A stretch of DNA of 64,000 bases from a virus (taxonomy: Duplodnaviria > Caudoviricetes): positions 96,001-160,000 of the IMG/VR virus record IMGVR_UViG_3300031853_000001; one strand, written 5' to 3'. The notes below the pieces were generated by a model. It ran no database searches. It was not told the origin of the DNA and was given only the letters and a program-made list of their open reading frames with translations. The translations under genes were made by a program, and so were the position numbers. Shown piece by piece: positions 1 through 10,294 of the stretch (within the stretch, counting starts at the first letter, position 1; each line of letters opens with the position of its first letter).

Positions 1-696
1 GATTATACGGGGAAAATAATAAATAATGTTTACATTAAAGAAGTAGACCAAAATAGCGGTGGAGCAGGAAAACATAAGAGATGGATTTGTATTTGCCCTT
101 ATTGTAAAAAAGAATTTTCTGCCCAATCTAATCATATTAAAGATAAAATTTTATATTCTTGTAAAGATTGTCGAAATAGATATGGTTTTAATGATTTATC
201 TGGACAAACTTTTGGTCTATTATATGTAAAAGAACGAATATACGAACTTAAAAATGGAACTAAATATTTGTGTAATTGTAAATGTGGGAAAACTTGTATT
301 GTAGACGGGAGATATTTGACATATGGCTCTATAAAAAGTTGTGGTTGTTTAAAGTCTTCTTATGAAATTTTAATTAAAAATATTCTTACTAAAAATAAAA
401 TTGCTTTTGAAAAAGAAAAAACTTTTGATAATTGTAAAGATATTAATGCTTTGCGATTTGATTTTTATATTCCTCAATTAAATCTCTTAATAGAGATGCA
501 AGGAGAACAGCATTTCAAAGCAGTTTCTTTCTGGGGAGGAGAAGAAGGGTTAAAGAAAAGACAACAACATGATGAATTAAAAAGGCAGTTTTGTAAGAAT
601 AATAATTATAAACTTCTTGAAATTAAATATAATGAAGATATTGAACAAAAAATAAATGAAGAGATAGTCTGGCCGCTGCGAAAGCAGACGGATTAA
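1..696 (+). CDS. Intron-encoded homing endonuclease (Cys-rich repeats + C-terminal PD-(D/E)XK/Vsr-like domain), 5' truncated
   Basis: Frame open from base 1. WICICPYC, CNCKCG and KSCGC repeats; LRFDFYIP..LIEMQGEQH motif. Confidence 0.8.
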   Translation, partial: DYTGKIINNVYIKEVDQNSGGAGKHKRWICICPYCKKEFSAQSNHIKDKILYSCKDCRNRYGFNDLSGQTFGLLYVKERIYELKNGTKYLCNCKCGKTCIVDGRYLTYGSIKSCGCLKSSYEILIKNILTKNKIAFEKEKTFDNCKDINALRFDFYIPQLNLLIEMQGEQHFKAVSFWGGEEGLKKRQQHDELKRQFCKNNNYKLLEIKYNEDIEQKINEEIVWPLRKQTD

Positions 697-697
697 G
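1..697 (+). mobile_element. 3' part of a group I intron interrupting the endolysin gene (starts before the window)
   Basis: S/P7'-like GAAGAGATAGTCTG at ~658-671, P9-like hairpin CTGC-GAAA-GCAG and terminal G697. The next codon CAT (698) opens a frame continuous with the ORF at 803. Confidence 0.8.
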
Positions 698-1519
698 CAT
701 TTTATTGTCGCACGTGGATGCGATGACACTTATATTTACGCTAATGACCCAAATAAGAGTGAAACTCCACGTAAACAGGCCGCGAATAAATTCCAGTCTT
801 GTATGAAGCAAGCTTTTATTTTCTGGCCAATTATAAAAAAAAATGAGCCAACCCCAATTAAAAATGAACCTACCACAGTAACTAAAAATGAAAACTGGTT
901 TGATATAAATCCAGAGGGTAAAATTATTGATATTTCTAAGTGGCAAGGAAACATTAACTTTGAGAAATTAAAAAAAGAAGTTGGATTAGTAATTGTCCGC
1001 GCTTCTTGTGGTTCCGATAAAGATATTAAATTTGATGAATACGCGCAAGCAATGATTAAAAATAGAATTCCTTTTGGAGTATATTGTTATTCTTATGCAG
1101 GCACAATAGAAAAAGCGAAGGACGAAGCTAAGAAATTAGTAGTTTATTCTGGAAATTATCCTTTATTTTATATAATGGACGCTGAAGAACAAAAAATTAC
1201 TACTGAAGCTATTAAAGCTTTTGCGCAAGAACTTCGCGCGAATACAAATAAGAAAATTGGGTGTTATGTAGCCCATCATAGATATAATCAATATAAATAT
1301 TCTACTCTACGAGATTTATTTGACATTACTTGGATACCTTGTTATGGCTCTAATAACGGAACAATAGCTGGTTCAAAAAAACCATCTTACGAATGTGATT
1401 TATGGCAATATACCAGCACAGGCAAGATTTCCGGAATTAATGGCAATGTAGATATGAATATTACTATGAAAGAAAATAGAGATTTAAAATGGTTTTTAAC
1501 CAATGAGATAATTGGCTGA
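698..1519 (+). CDS. Endolysin exon 2: end of a C39-like peptidase domain plus GH25 muramidase
   Basis: HFIVARG..IYANDP (His/Asp of C39-like peptidases), then IIDISKWQG, GVYCYSYA, DAEE, WQYTSTG..GINGNVDMN (GH25). Confidence 0.85.
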   Translation, partial: HFIVARGCDDTYIYANDPNKSETPRKQAANKFQSCMKQAFIFWPIIKKNEPTPIKNEPTTVTKNENWFDINPEGKIIDISKWQGNINFEKLKKEVGLVIVRASCGSDKDIKFDEYAQAMIKNRIPFGVYCYSYAGTIEKAKDEAKKLVVYSGNYPLFYIMDAEEQKITTEAIKAFAQELRANTNKKIGCYVAHHRYNQYKYSTLRDLFDITWIPCYGSNNGTIAGSKKPSYECDLWQYTSTGKISGINGNVDMNITMKENRDLKWFLTNEIIG

Positions 1520-1542
1520 AATGATGCCAAGTAGGTGATTTT

Positions 1543-2073
1543 ATGGCGACGAATACCATAAAAACGAGAATTCAGTTGAAAAATGATACTGAGGCTAATT
1601 GGAATAAAGCTATAAATTTTATTCCGCTAAAGGGTGAGACTATCATTTATACAGCTGATAGTACTCACCCTTTTTCTCGTTTAAAAGTTGGTGATGGTAC
1701 GACTCCTGTAATTGATTTACCCTTTATTGATTCAAATTCTGTTAATGGAATTAATATACAAGCAAAAACTTTAGAAGAATGGAATAGTAAGAAAAATTAC
1801 ATTCCTGCCGCGGGACAACTAATGGTTTATTTAAATTATAGAACAATTAAAAAAGATGAAGAAACTGAAGTTGGAGTAGCAGGATTAAAAATTGGTGATG
1901 GGAGTAGTTATTTAATTGATTTACCATTTCTAGGAGAAATGGAAGAGTCTTTTTATGAACATTTAACTAATACCACTATTCACATTACTGAAAAAGAAAG
2001 ACAATTTTGGAATAATAAAATAAACTGTGAAGACTTCATTACGGAAGAAACTTTATTTTTAAACCGTAATTAA
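1543..2073 (+). CDS. Tail fibre/baseplate-associated protein with hyaluronidase-N/Mtd-N-like repeats
   Basis: TRIQLKNDTEANW..GE..KVGDG motif present twice (KVGDG, KIGDG). Confidence 0.6.
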   Translation: MATNTIKTRIQLKNDTEANWNKAINFIPLKGETIIYTADSTHPFSRLKVGDGTTPVIDLPFIDSNSVNGINIQAKTLEEWNSKKNYIPAAGQLMVYLNYRTIKKDEETEVGVAGLKIGDGSSYLIDLPFLGEMEESFYEHLTNTTIHITEKERQFWNNKINCEDFITEETLFLNRN

Positions 2074-2090
2074 AAAAGGAAGGGATTATT

Positions 2091-3146
2091 ATGGCAGATA
2101 TTAGTAAAATAACTTTACCTTCTGGTACTACTTATGACATAAAAGACGCAGTAGCTCGTAGTCAAATTGAAGCCCTAACTGGCGGTGACGCTGTTATCTT
2201 TATTGGAGTTTCTTCTGTAGAATTAACAGACGGTGGAAATGAAACTCCCAAAGTTAATGGAGAAAATAAAACTCCCGCGGCTGGACAGTTATTTTTCTAC
2301 GGCACTCAAGAGTTCATTTATGGGCCAGATAATAAATGGCACGCATTAGGTTCTTTAGATACTTTGGGCGATTTAGCTTATAAAAATAGTGCATCAGGTA
2401 CTTATAATACTGTTAGTGCAGTTTCGGTAACAACCAAAACAACTGCAAATAAAACAGCAACGGTCGCGCCAGCAGCTTCTGGTACAGCAACTTATACTCC
2501 AGATGGTTCTATTTCTGGAATTACTTGGGCAGGTTCCTCTACTACATCCACGGGTAAGTTTACTCCGGCTGGAACAGTAACTACTTCAAATAAAACCTTT
2601 TCTGTCACTGGCTCAGCAGTACCAGCAAGTGGAACCGCAAATTATACTCCTGCTGGTAGCGTTAGCGCCCCAACAATTTCAGTCGCAACTGCGGGTTCGA
2701 CAACAACTATTAAAAATCCTACAAGTAGTACCGTAGTAAAAACAGTTGTTGCTGCAGCTCCAGATGCAACTGCGCCCGCAAACGCAATTACTTATTATTC
2801 TGTAGCCAATGAAACTTTAAGTTTATATCAATTAGGATATACAACTGGTGCTTCTATTACCACAAGTAATGTTACAGTTAAAACTGGTGATGCGGCTTAT
2901 TCAGCTTCTGCACCAACTTTCACTGGAACAGGTACTATGTTAACTACAGCTACAATTAAAGAACCAACCGGAGCTTTTGCTGGTACTGAGGGGAATGTAT
3001 CTGTAACGGGTACTCCAAATGGAAGTATTACAAATCAAGGAACATTTTCTGGAACAGGAGTTCGTTTAGTAACTGGTAATATTGCAGTTCCAGATACATA
3101 TACTGCAACTATTACTTCTGGTACAGAAACAGTTACAGTTTCTTAA
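2091..3146 (+). CDS. Thr/Gly/Ser-rich virion structural protein
   Basis: Repeated YTPxGSV/FTGT beta-strand motifs; located in the tail gene block. Confidence 0.55.
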   Translation: MADISKITLPSGTTYDIKDAVARSQIEALTGGDAVIFIGVSSVELTDGGNETPKVNGENKTPAAGQLFFYGTQEFIYGPDNKWHALGSLDTLGDLAYKNSASGTYNTVSAVSVTTKTTANKTATVAPAASGTATYTPDGSISGITWAGSSTTSTGKFTPAGTVTTSNKTFSVTGSAVPASGTANYTPAGSVSAPTISVATAGSTTTIKNPTSSTVVKTVVAAAPDATAPANAITYYSVANETLSLYQLGYTTGASITTSNVTVKTGDAAYSASAPTFTGTGTMLTTATIKEPTGAFAGTEGNVSVTGTPNGSITNQGTFSGTGVRLVTGNIAVPDTYTATITSGTETVTVS

Positions 3147-3157
3147 TAAAGGAGGAA

Positions 3158-5485
3158 ATGGATATGGCAAATGGTGGTATTATAAATAAAATAAAATTAG
3201 TAGACAAGACCTATAACCTACAAGATGCAGAAGCTTTGCACGTAGGAACTACAGTAACCATACCACAAGGTGGTACTGGCGCGACTACTGCCGCGGTTGC
3301 GAGGGCTAATTTAGAAATTACGCCTGTAAATATTGGGGCTTATGGTGATTATCTTGGTAGTTCTATCACTGATGTGAATGATAAGGATTTAATTGGGTAT
3401 GCTTTCGTACAAAAGAAAAATTGTGCGAATTTACCTGATGCAGAAGATGCTAATACTTTTATTTTTGTAATATTCTCAAAAAATATTCAAATGGCAATAC
3501 CGTATAATTCAAATGGTTCACCTCGTATGTATATACGCTTTAATACTAATTCAAATACTTGGTATCCTTGGAGAGCAATTGGAGATATTGGAGTAGACAA
3601 TATTATTCCAATAGAAAGTGGTGGAACTGGAGCTAGTAGTGCGGCGGCAGCAAGAATAAATTTAGGAATTACTGCGGAAAATCTTAATGCTTTACCATTA
3701 ACTGGTGGAACTTTAACTGGAAATTTAAATATAAAAAGAAATGCTACTCAAGCTTCATTATGGTTTTATAACAAAGATTCTGAGACAGTTGCAGGAGGAA
3801 TTTCTAAAACAATTGATAGCAATGGTGATAATAGAATAGTATTTTCAGTTAGAAATGAAGAGTCAGAGGCAAACGAAGTATATTATTTACCACCATCAGA
3901 TATAATAACTACTGCTAAAGGTTATAATATTTTAACTACTAAAAACCCCGTAACTATAGCACAAGGAGGCACTGGAGCTACAACAGCTTCTCAAGCTCTG
4001 CAAAATCTAGACGCATTTGGAGCTAGTTCATCTAAAGTTTCAACAGATGCTGATATTTTTACATATGGAGCATCATTCTTAAATGCAGATGATGTAGCAA
4101 ATTTGCCAAATAATAGCTCAATAGACTCAAAATATTTTTTAACTACTTTTATGGGTAATTTACAGCGTGCGGAAGTCTTTGGAGACGTTGGAGTAAGAAA
4201 AGTATATGAAAGATATTATTCAAATTCTAAATGGTATCCTTGGGTCCGCACAGGAGTGCGAAATGCGGCAAGATTTATTCAGATTGACCAGGCTTCTAAA
4301 TCAACTATATATAATGAATTTCATTATATGGACATTGGAGAAACAGCTATAATTGAATGGAGCGCAGACCCGGATGTTTCTAAAATATTAACTGTTAATA
4401 ATATGACAGCGCAATCTTTTGAAGGAATTATATATAAAATTTCTGAAGGAGATTATGATTTCTTCGGTAATTTTGGCGCAGGTAATAGAATTGGAGCTTG
4501 GCGAATTACAGGGTTAACTTCTTCTGGTTTTAATCTTGCTTTAATAGGAGATTTCCATCTTTATGTCCCACTAATTAACGGAGTAATTCCAGTTTCTGTT
4601 GGTGGTACTGGAGCTACAAGTGCTTCAGAAGCAAGAACTAATTTAAATATTACTCCCGCGAATATTGGTGCCCTAGCTTTAGACGGGACAAACACTATGA
4701 GCGGCAATTTAAAGATTAAAGTTGATAATCCACATATTAGTCTTTATAAATCAGACCAAGCTTCTTATGTGGCATCATTTTATAGTACCGCAGATGCAAA
4801 TGGAGGTAATAAATTGTCTGTTGCTATAAGAAAAGATGGTAGCCAGGCTGAAATATACTCCTTACCTATACCAGATGCGCATACTGGTTCAGTAGACTAT
4901 CAAATACTTACTTCCAAAAAATTAAATATTACAGATGTTAATGATACCGTACTTTATACTTTTGGTTATTATGGAGGAGCTTCTGTATCGAATCTTCCAA
5001 ATAATACTAGTACGTTTGGTCTTCTTGGTCTTGGTCCTATCCAAATTGCTTATCCCTATGGAGCCTCAGCTTCTGATGTTAATGGAAATATTCACGACCA
5101 AGGTCCAAGACATTTATATATACGTTCTTATATAAATAATAGATGGTATCCATGGAGTACTTTTGATGCAGTATCTTATATTAGACTTGTTGGGGAAAAT
5201 ATAACCGCAGATGGAATAATGGAACAACTTCAAACTTTAACTATGGGAGAAGTAGCAAATATTTATATAGATGCTTATTCTTGTAAAATACTTACTAGTC
5301 AAAAGGTTAATATTTCTGGGTATGGAACTGTTATGAGAGGTTCTTCATTCCAAAATGGTAATTTTTATTTTGATATTGTCACAAATAGTGGTTCGCAAAG
5401 ATTTGCTTGGACTGTTGATAATCTTTCTAATGGAAAAACTTTTTCCGTTGGTAACGTTTATAACTATACTGGTACAGTAGTATAA
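3158..5485 (+). CDS. Tail fibre protein
   Basis: Four GGTGAT/SxAxxARxNL-type repeats alternating with WYPW-ending modules. Confidence 0.75.
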   Translation: MDMANGGIINKIKLVDKTYNLQDAEALHVGTTVTIPQGGTGATTAAVARANLEITPVNIGAYGDYLGSSITDVNDKDLIGYAFVQKKNCANLPDAEDANTFIFVIFSKNIQMAIPYNSNGSPRMYIRFNTNSNTWYPWRAIGDIGVDNIIPIESGGTGASSAAAARINLGITAENLNALPLTGGTLTGNLNIKRNATQASLWFYNKDSETVAGGISKTIDSNGDNRIVFSVRNEESEANEVYYLPPSDIITTAKGYNILTTKNPVTIAQGGTGATTASQALQNLDAFGASSSKVSTDADIFTYGASFLNADDVANLPNNSSIDSKYFLTTFMGNLQRAEVFGDVGVRKVYERYYSNSKWYPWVRTGVRNAARFIQIDQASKSTIYNEFHYMDIGETAIIEWSADPDVSKILTVNNMTAQSFEGIIYKISEGDYDFFGNFGAGNRIGAWRITGLTSSGFNLALIGDFHLYVPLINGVIPVSVGGTGATSASEARTNLNITPANIGALALDGTNTMSGNLKIKVDNPHISLYKSDQASYVASFYSTADANGGNKLSVAIRKDGSQAEIYSLPIPDAHTGSVDYQILTSKKLNITDVNDTVLYTFGYYGGASVSNLPNNTSTFGLLGLGPIQIAYPYGASASDVNGNIHDQGPRHLYIRSYINNRWYPWSTFDAVSYIRLVGENITADGIMEQLQTLTMGEVANIYIDAYSCKILTSQKVNISGYGTVMRGSSFQNGNFYFDIVTNSGSQRFAWTVDNLSNGKTFSVGNVYNYTGTVV

Positions 5486-5498
5486 GAAGGTGATATAA

Positions 5499-5696
5499 AT
5501 GGCACACATAATGACAAAACGCGGTTCTCAAGATAATATTATTACTTATGAGCATTATTGCGATACTATTGCAGACCGTGAAAATATAAATCCAAATGAA
5601 ATTACTCTAGGTTCTGTTTGTATTGTAGTGGAAGGAGAAAGCGGAGAACTTGAAGTTTATATTGCTAATAGCAATAAAGAATGGAAAGAAATCTAA
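5499..5696 (+). CDS. Small tail-associated protein
   Basis: RBS GAAGGTG; lies within the fibre operon. Confidence 0.55.
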   Translation: MAHIMTKRGSQDNIITYEHYCDTIADRENINPNEITLGSVCIVVEGESGELEVYIANSNKEWKEI

Positions 5697-5708
5697 AGGA
5701 GGAAACTT

Positions 5709-7637
5709 ATGGATATTTTAGATATTATAATAGCCAAAAAGAAATCCTTTACAGGAGAAACGGAAAAATTGGTTCGTCAAGCTAATGAAGCTATGGCAAA
5801 AGCTAATGAAATTGCCGCTAAAGTAGACGATGCCTCAGACGCACTTGCGGCAGCGCAAGAAGCGCAAGACGCGGCCGAAGCCGTAAATATTCGTGCGCAA
5901 GAAATTGCTACTGATTTAGAGAATATGAAAGAAGAAGTAACTTCCGCTGCGAATGAAGTTGTAGATGAAAAACTTGCTACTGCTACAGCAGAACTTCAAT
6001 CTGCTATTGATGAAGCCGTTACAGAAGTTACTGTAGAAGATGATAATAATTCTTCTTATAAAAGTAAGAACGCAAAAGTTCGTAAAAAGGGTATATTAAG
6101 TTCATTTAAGATTATGAAAAATTATACCTCAACTGGTTCTAATGAAGATGGGGCAATGACTCAAAAAGCCATTACCAATGCCCTGAATAGCCAGAAAACT
6201 GAATTAGAAAATAAGATTAAAAACATTAAGCCAAGTGGAAGTGGCTCTGGTAATATTTCTGGTAATATTTCTGCCGCGGACGAAGGTTCTATTGTATCTA
6301 TTGATGAAAATGGTAACATCCAACCAAGTTCTATTACAGAAGCAGACGTAATTCTTACTCAAATTGTTACTGGGACTTATAGAAATGATAATATTGTTGG
6401 GTTAGAATTAGATTATGCTAATAAAACTTATACTCGTTTACAGGCGGCCGCTGGTTTAACTGCGGGCGCAGACTTTGATAAATTTATTTTCTATGGCGGC
6501 CGCAGACGTTGTGCCGTAGATGCTAGTGGTAATATTGAATATTTCTTAACTGGTGAGGAAGATTCCTCTACTTTAGGAAATAAACGAATAATGGTTTATC
6601 AACCTGCTTTCTATTATTTGCGCGTGCCACTATCTGTTTCTAATACTGGAAATGGTTATAAAATTAACAAAGAACATTTATATTTGTCCGCGCAAAAATA
6701 TGCTGGTTTTACACTTCATCCATTATTCAGAGATGAAAATGGTAATGCTTTGCGCTATATTTTAATACCAGCTTTTGAAAGTGGCACCTATAGAGTAAAT
6801 TCTGGAACTTATAACTTAGATGATGCACAAAATGTAGATTTAGAAAATGACTGCTTAGTTTCGGTTATAAATACAAAACCAATTAGTGGAGTAACTCAAG
6901 AGTTTACAGCTAACGCCGCAAAACATATGTGTGAAAATAACGGTGAAGGTTGGAAGATGACAAATCTAGCATTTGAATCTGCAAATCAGATGTTAATGAT
7001 GGTTGAGTATGGCAGCCCAAATCTACAAAATGCTTTTAATGTGGGTATTACTCAACTTTCTAGCACAGCAAACATCAATTTTTCTTGTAATACTGGCTCT
7101 ACTTTAGTATTAAATAATGCCTCTGGCCAAGCGCTATCTACAACTAATATTCGTGAAAATAAAACCAACACTTATACTGCTGCTGGCCAATGTGCTATTT
7201 CTTATCGAGGTTTTGAAAATCCATATGGAAATATGTGGCGTTTTATTGACGATGTTTCAGTTGTAAATAATATTGTTACCTATAAAGATGAAATAATTGA
7301 TTTCAAAATTGCTACGACCGAAAATTGGATAAACACTTTTGGCTTTGATAGAAATCACGATTGGGTATATTTACCAATTGAAGTTAGTTCTAATGCCAAT
7401 AGTAATTTCCCAGTAGGAGATTACTATTACCCACCAATTTCTGCAAATGTTGCTTACACAGGTATTGTCGGTGGTTATTCCGCTTCAGGAACTAATGCTG
7501 GTATTTTCTATTATGCTTTCAATATTGAAAAAGATACTTTCCACTATCAGCACGATACCGCTCGTGTAATGTATATTCCAACTCCAAATTCTGTAGTTGA
7601 TAATAATAACTATAACTTATGGTACGGGGTGGTTTAA
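5709..7637 (+). CDS. Tail fibre/receptor-binding-type protein (N-terminal coiled coil)
   Basis: Coiled coil, GAMTQKAIT motif, C-terminal SYRGFENPYGNMWRFID domain common in Bacillota phage fibres. Confidence 0.6.
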   Translation: MDILDIIIAKKKSFTGETEKLVRQANEAMAKANEIAAKVDDASDALAAAQEAQDAAEAVNIRAQEIATDLENMKEEVTSAANEVVDEKLATATAELQSAIDEAVTEVTVEDDNNSSYKSKNAKVRKKGILSSFKIMKNYTSTGSNEDGAMTQKAITNALNSQKTELENKIKNIKPSGSGSGNISGNISAADEGSIVSIDENGNIQPSSITEADVILTQIVTGTYRNDNIVGLELDYANKTYTRLQAAAGLTAGADFDKFIFYGGRRRCAVDASGNIEYFLTGEEDSSTLGNKRIMVYQPAFYYLRVPLSVSNTGNGYKINKEHLYLSAQKYAGFTLHPLFRDENGNALRYILIPAFESGTYRVNSGTYNLDDAQNVDLENDCLVSVINTKPISGVTQEFTANAAKHMCENNGEGWKMTNLAFESANQMLMMVEYGSPNLQNAFNVGITQLSSTANINFSCNTGSTLVLNNASGQALSTTNIRENKTNTYTAAGQCAISYRGFENPYGNMWRFIDDVSVVNNIVTYKDEIIDFKIATTENWINTFGFDRNHDWVYLPIEVSSNANSNFPVGDYYYPPISANVAYTGIVGGYSASGTNAGIFYYAFNIEKDTFHYQHDTARVMYIPTPNSVVDNNNYNLWYGVV

Positions 7638-7892
7638 ATGAAAATTTATGAACATACCTATTCTATGAATAGACCACAAGAAATTGAGACCACTTCAAAA
7701 AAAGTATTTGTTGCTTCTAATATTGAAGAAGTAACTCTTGAAGTAGAAGAAAAAAATATAAATTGTTTTTCTTACACTCTTGCTGAATATGATAAAGATG
7801 AATATCTTGATATACTATTCAAGCAGCAAACTGATATTGCCGCGTTGCAGGAAGAACTTCAGGCCGCAAAAATCTTATTGGGGGTAGAGTAA
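7638..7892 (+). CDS. Small tail assembly-type protein
   Basis: Translationally coupled to the fibre gene. Confidence 0.5.
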   Translation: MKIYEHTYSMNRPQEIETTSKKVFVASNIEEVTLEVEEKNINCFSYTLAEYDKDEYLDILFKQQTDIAALQEELQAAKILLGVE

Positions 7893-7893
7893 T

Positions 7894-8304
7894 ATGGGGA
7901 ATTTAGTTGATTTAGCAATTAAACTTCGTCCATATATTGAAAAAGCTGCCGCAAATTTAGATGATACAGACGCGCTTGAAGCAGTTCAATTGTTTCCTAA
8001 ATGGGAGCCCAATATTCAATATGAGAAAGACGATAGAGTAAGATATGAAAATATCTTATATCGTTGTCTACAACCCCACAATTCTCAAGAATCTTGGACT
8101 CCACTCGCGGCCGCCAGTCTTTGGGCGAAAGTTTTAATTCCAGATGAAAATGTTATTCCTGAATGGGAGCAACCTTCTAGCACAAATGGTTATCAAATTG
8201 GTGATAAAGTAATGTTTGAAGGTAAAGTATATGAATGTCAAATTGCCAATAATGTTTGGTCTCCATCGGCGTATCCCGCAGGATGGAAAGAAATAAATAT
8301 TTGA
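7894..8304 (+). CDS. Carbohydrate-binding module (CBM5/12-like) protein
   Basis: Two W..Y..(G)D.V.(Y/F)....Y.C...(H/N)...W.P repeats. Confidence 0.75.
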   Translation: MGNLVDLAIKLRPYIEKAAANLDDTDALEAVQLFPKWEPNIQYEKDDRVRYENILYRCLQPHNSQESWTPLAAASLWAKVLIPDENVIPEWEQPSSTNGYQIGDKVMFEGKVYECQIANNVWSPSAYPAGWKEINI

Positions 8305-8394
8305 CTTCTATATAATTTTATGTTATAATAAATATGTCAAGAGGGAGAGAGGAATCTCTCTTGACATATTAAAATTATAAGGAGAGGAACTTAT

Positions 8395-8736
8395 ATGAAG
8401 TTTTATAGTGATGTAACACAGCGTTTTTATGACACAGAAAAGGCTTGTCTAGAAGCCGAATTTAAGGTAAAGGAAGAACAGAATCGTCAAAAGATTCTAA
8501 GGGAAAAGGCTGAGCGTGAAGCTAAGGAAAAGCAAGAGAAGCTCGCGGCTGAGCGTAAGGTTCGCGCGAATGAGGTTGAAGAGGCTCGTAAGGCTATGGT
8601 CGCGGCTCAGTCAAAGTATCGTGAAGTGCTTGAAGCCTTCGTGCGCGATTACAAGACTTACCATCTTTCTCTAAATGGCGAAGATGCGAAGGGTCTAATT
8701 CCAACTCTATTCGATAATTTCTTCAGTATCTTTTAA
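8395..8736 (+). CDS. Coiled-coil hypothetical protein
   Basis: Strong promoter and RBS; biased codon use (CTA, CGT, AAG). Confidence 0.75.
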   Translation: MKFYSDVTQRFYDTEKACLEAEFKVKEEQNRQKILREKAEREAKEKQEKLAAERKVRANEVEEARKAMVAAQSKYREVLEAFVRDYKTYHLSLNGEDAKGLIPTLFDNFFSIF

Positions 8737-8941
8737 TTGACTTTAAGTAAAAATTCTGGTATAATATTTATGTAAGGTTGAGGGAGAGATAATAAAGTTC
8801 GAACATAAAACTCTCTGCTCTATAAGGAAAGTGGGGCCTTAAACCTTATATCAATTCCCGCTGGGCACGAGCAACAGCGTCGTTGAAACGTAAGCCGGTG
8901 CATCGACTTACGTAGGTAGGTACGTGAACCCTACCAAATTC

Positions 8942-9017
8942 GCCGTCATAACTCAATTGGTAGAGTAGCACATTAGTAATGTGCAGGTTTTCAGTTCAAG
9001 TCTGAATGGCGGCTCCA
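8942..9017 (+). tRNA. tRNA-Thr(AGT)
   Basis: Cloverleaf; GCACA-TT AGT AA-TGTGC; CCA end. Confidence 0.9.
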
Positions 9018-9020
9018 TAT

Positions 9021-9098
9021 CGAGCAGTAGCACAGTTGGTCTAGTGCAGGGTGCTGATAACGCCAAGATCGAAAGTTCAAATCTTTCCTGCTCGACCA
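9021..9098 (+). tRNA. tRNA-Ile(GAT)
   Basis: CGAGCAG/CTGCTCG acceptor; CT GAT AA loop; ACCA. Confidence 0.9.
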
Positions 9099-9342
9099 GA
9101 AGCCGCGAGGATGACTGGGAGACGGCATTAAGAGGAGTCATGACCTCATCTCTTTCCCGAGTGTATAACTAGCCTTCAGCTCGATAAATATTGGTGGCTA
9201 GTCGCGACGGGTAGCGTAACAGACGTGAGCATTCGGACATACGCTCGGAAACCACATTCAAGAGATGCAGCATTATTGAGTGAAGGTCTGAAAACGGGGA
9301 AGATTGATATTGGTGCAATCCCTTTCTATCCGACAAATATAA

Positions 9343-9416
9343 TGGGGACTAACCTAATGGTAGGGTATTCGGCTCTGACCCGAAGTGTGATAGTTCAATT
9401 CTATCGTCCCCAGCCA
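9343..9416 (+). tRNA. tRNA-Gln(CTG)
   Basis: TTCGG-CT CTG AC-CCGAA; CCA. Confidence 0.9.
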
Positions 9417-9419
9417 TAT

Positions 9420-9497
9420 GGCTTGGTAACTTATGCGGTCTGTAGTGCTGGTCTGAAAAACCAGAGGGTGATAGTTCGACTCTATCCCAAGCCACCA
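9420..9497 (+). tRNA. tRNA-Phe(GAA)
   Basis: CTGGT-CT GAA AA-ACCAG; CCA. Confidence 0.9.
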
Positions 9498-9579
9498 ATA
9501 CGCATAGTCGCACTATGCAAGGCTACAGTTCCTAACCTTGGCTTCTAAAACCTGCGAGGATAGCGGCCGAAAGAACTGA

Positions 9580-9682
9580 TAGGCACAAACAGCAATTTTC
9601 TTTATTTAAGTATTGAGAAATTGTAGTATGTTGAACGGTCAAATATTAGAAACCATAGCTATTAAGCAAAACGAGTGCCTAG
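9580..9682 (+). ncRNA. ACAGCAA-stem element 1
   Basis: TAGGCAC..ACAGCAA ... GTGCCTA-G terminal stem. Confidence 0.65.
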
Positions 9683-9729
9683 AAATAAAGTTGATACTTA
9701 ATCGGTTTCTTTTATTTGACTAATGTTAT

Positions 9730-9805
9730 GCCGGTATAGCGCAGAGTATAGAGCATCAAACTTCTAATTTGAGGGTCGAAGGTTAGAATCCTTCTACCGG
9801 CGCCA
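9730..9805 (+). tRNA. tRNA-Arg(TCT)
   Basis: TCAAA-CT TCT AA-TTTGA; variant T-loop TTAGAAT; CCA. Confidence 0.85.
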
Positions 9806-9806
9806 C

Positions 9807-9897
9807 GCGGGTTTACTCAAGTCTGGGTTAAGAGGTCTGATTCGAAATCAGATAGGATGTAAAAGTCGCAAGGGTTCAAATCCCTTAGCCCGCGCCA
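9807..9897 (+). tRNA. tRNA-Ser(CGA)
   Basis: TCTGA-TT CGA AA-TCAGA; long variable arm; GCCA. Confidence 0.9.
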
Positions 9898-9903
9898 TTT
9901 ATA

Positions 9904-10031
9904 TAGTCGCTCACAGCAATCGTTCTTTATAGAACATATGGGTTCGAATCCCATACCACGCACCAAATCGCGTAGTTAGCCAAATGGTTTAGGCAGATGT
10001 CTAACAAACATCCTTCTATTAAAGCGACTAG
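9904..10031 (+). ncRNA. ACAGCAA-stem element 2 containing a circularly permuted tRNA (anticodon loop CT AAC AA)
   Basis: TAGTCGCT/AGCGACTA stem. Inside, in order: variable arm, T arm (ATGGG-TTCGAAT-CCCAT), ACCACGC-ACCA, linker, GCGTAGT, D arm, GATGT-CTAACAA-ACATC. Confidence 0.8.
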
Positions 10032-10036
10032 TATTT

Positions 10037-10111
10037 GCCCCGTTAGCTTAACGGATAGAGCATACGGCTACGGCCCGTGAGATGTGGGTCCAATTCCTAC
10101 ACGGGGTGCCA
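10037..10111 (+). tRNA. tRNA-Arg(ACG)
   Basis: TACGG-CT ACG GC-CCGTG; CCA. Confidence 0.9.
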
Positions 10112-10294
10112 CCACTAACAATTTTGGTCTTGTAAAGATAGGGCTATGGCTTTGTTTTAGTTAATTGTTAGTTAAGAAAGACTAAAACAAGACATAATAA
10201 CTAGAATAGTTATAAAAATGTCGCGCCTTACTCAGGAAAAAGAGTCGCCCGCCGCAGGGGTGTCCTAGGTGAAATAAAATACTGCGGACTTTAT

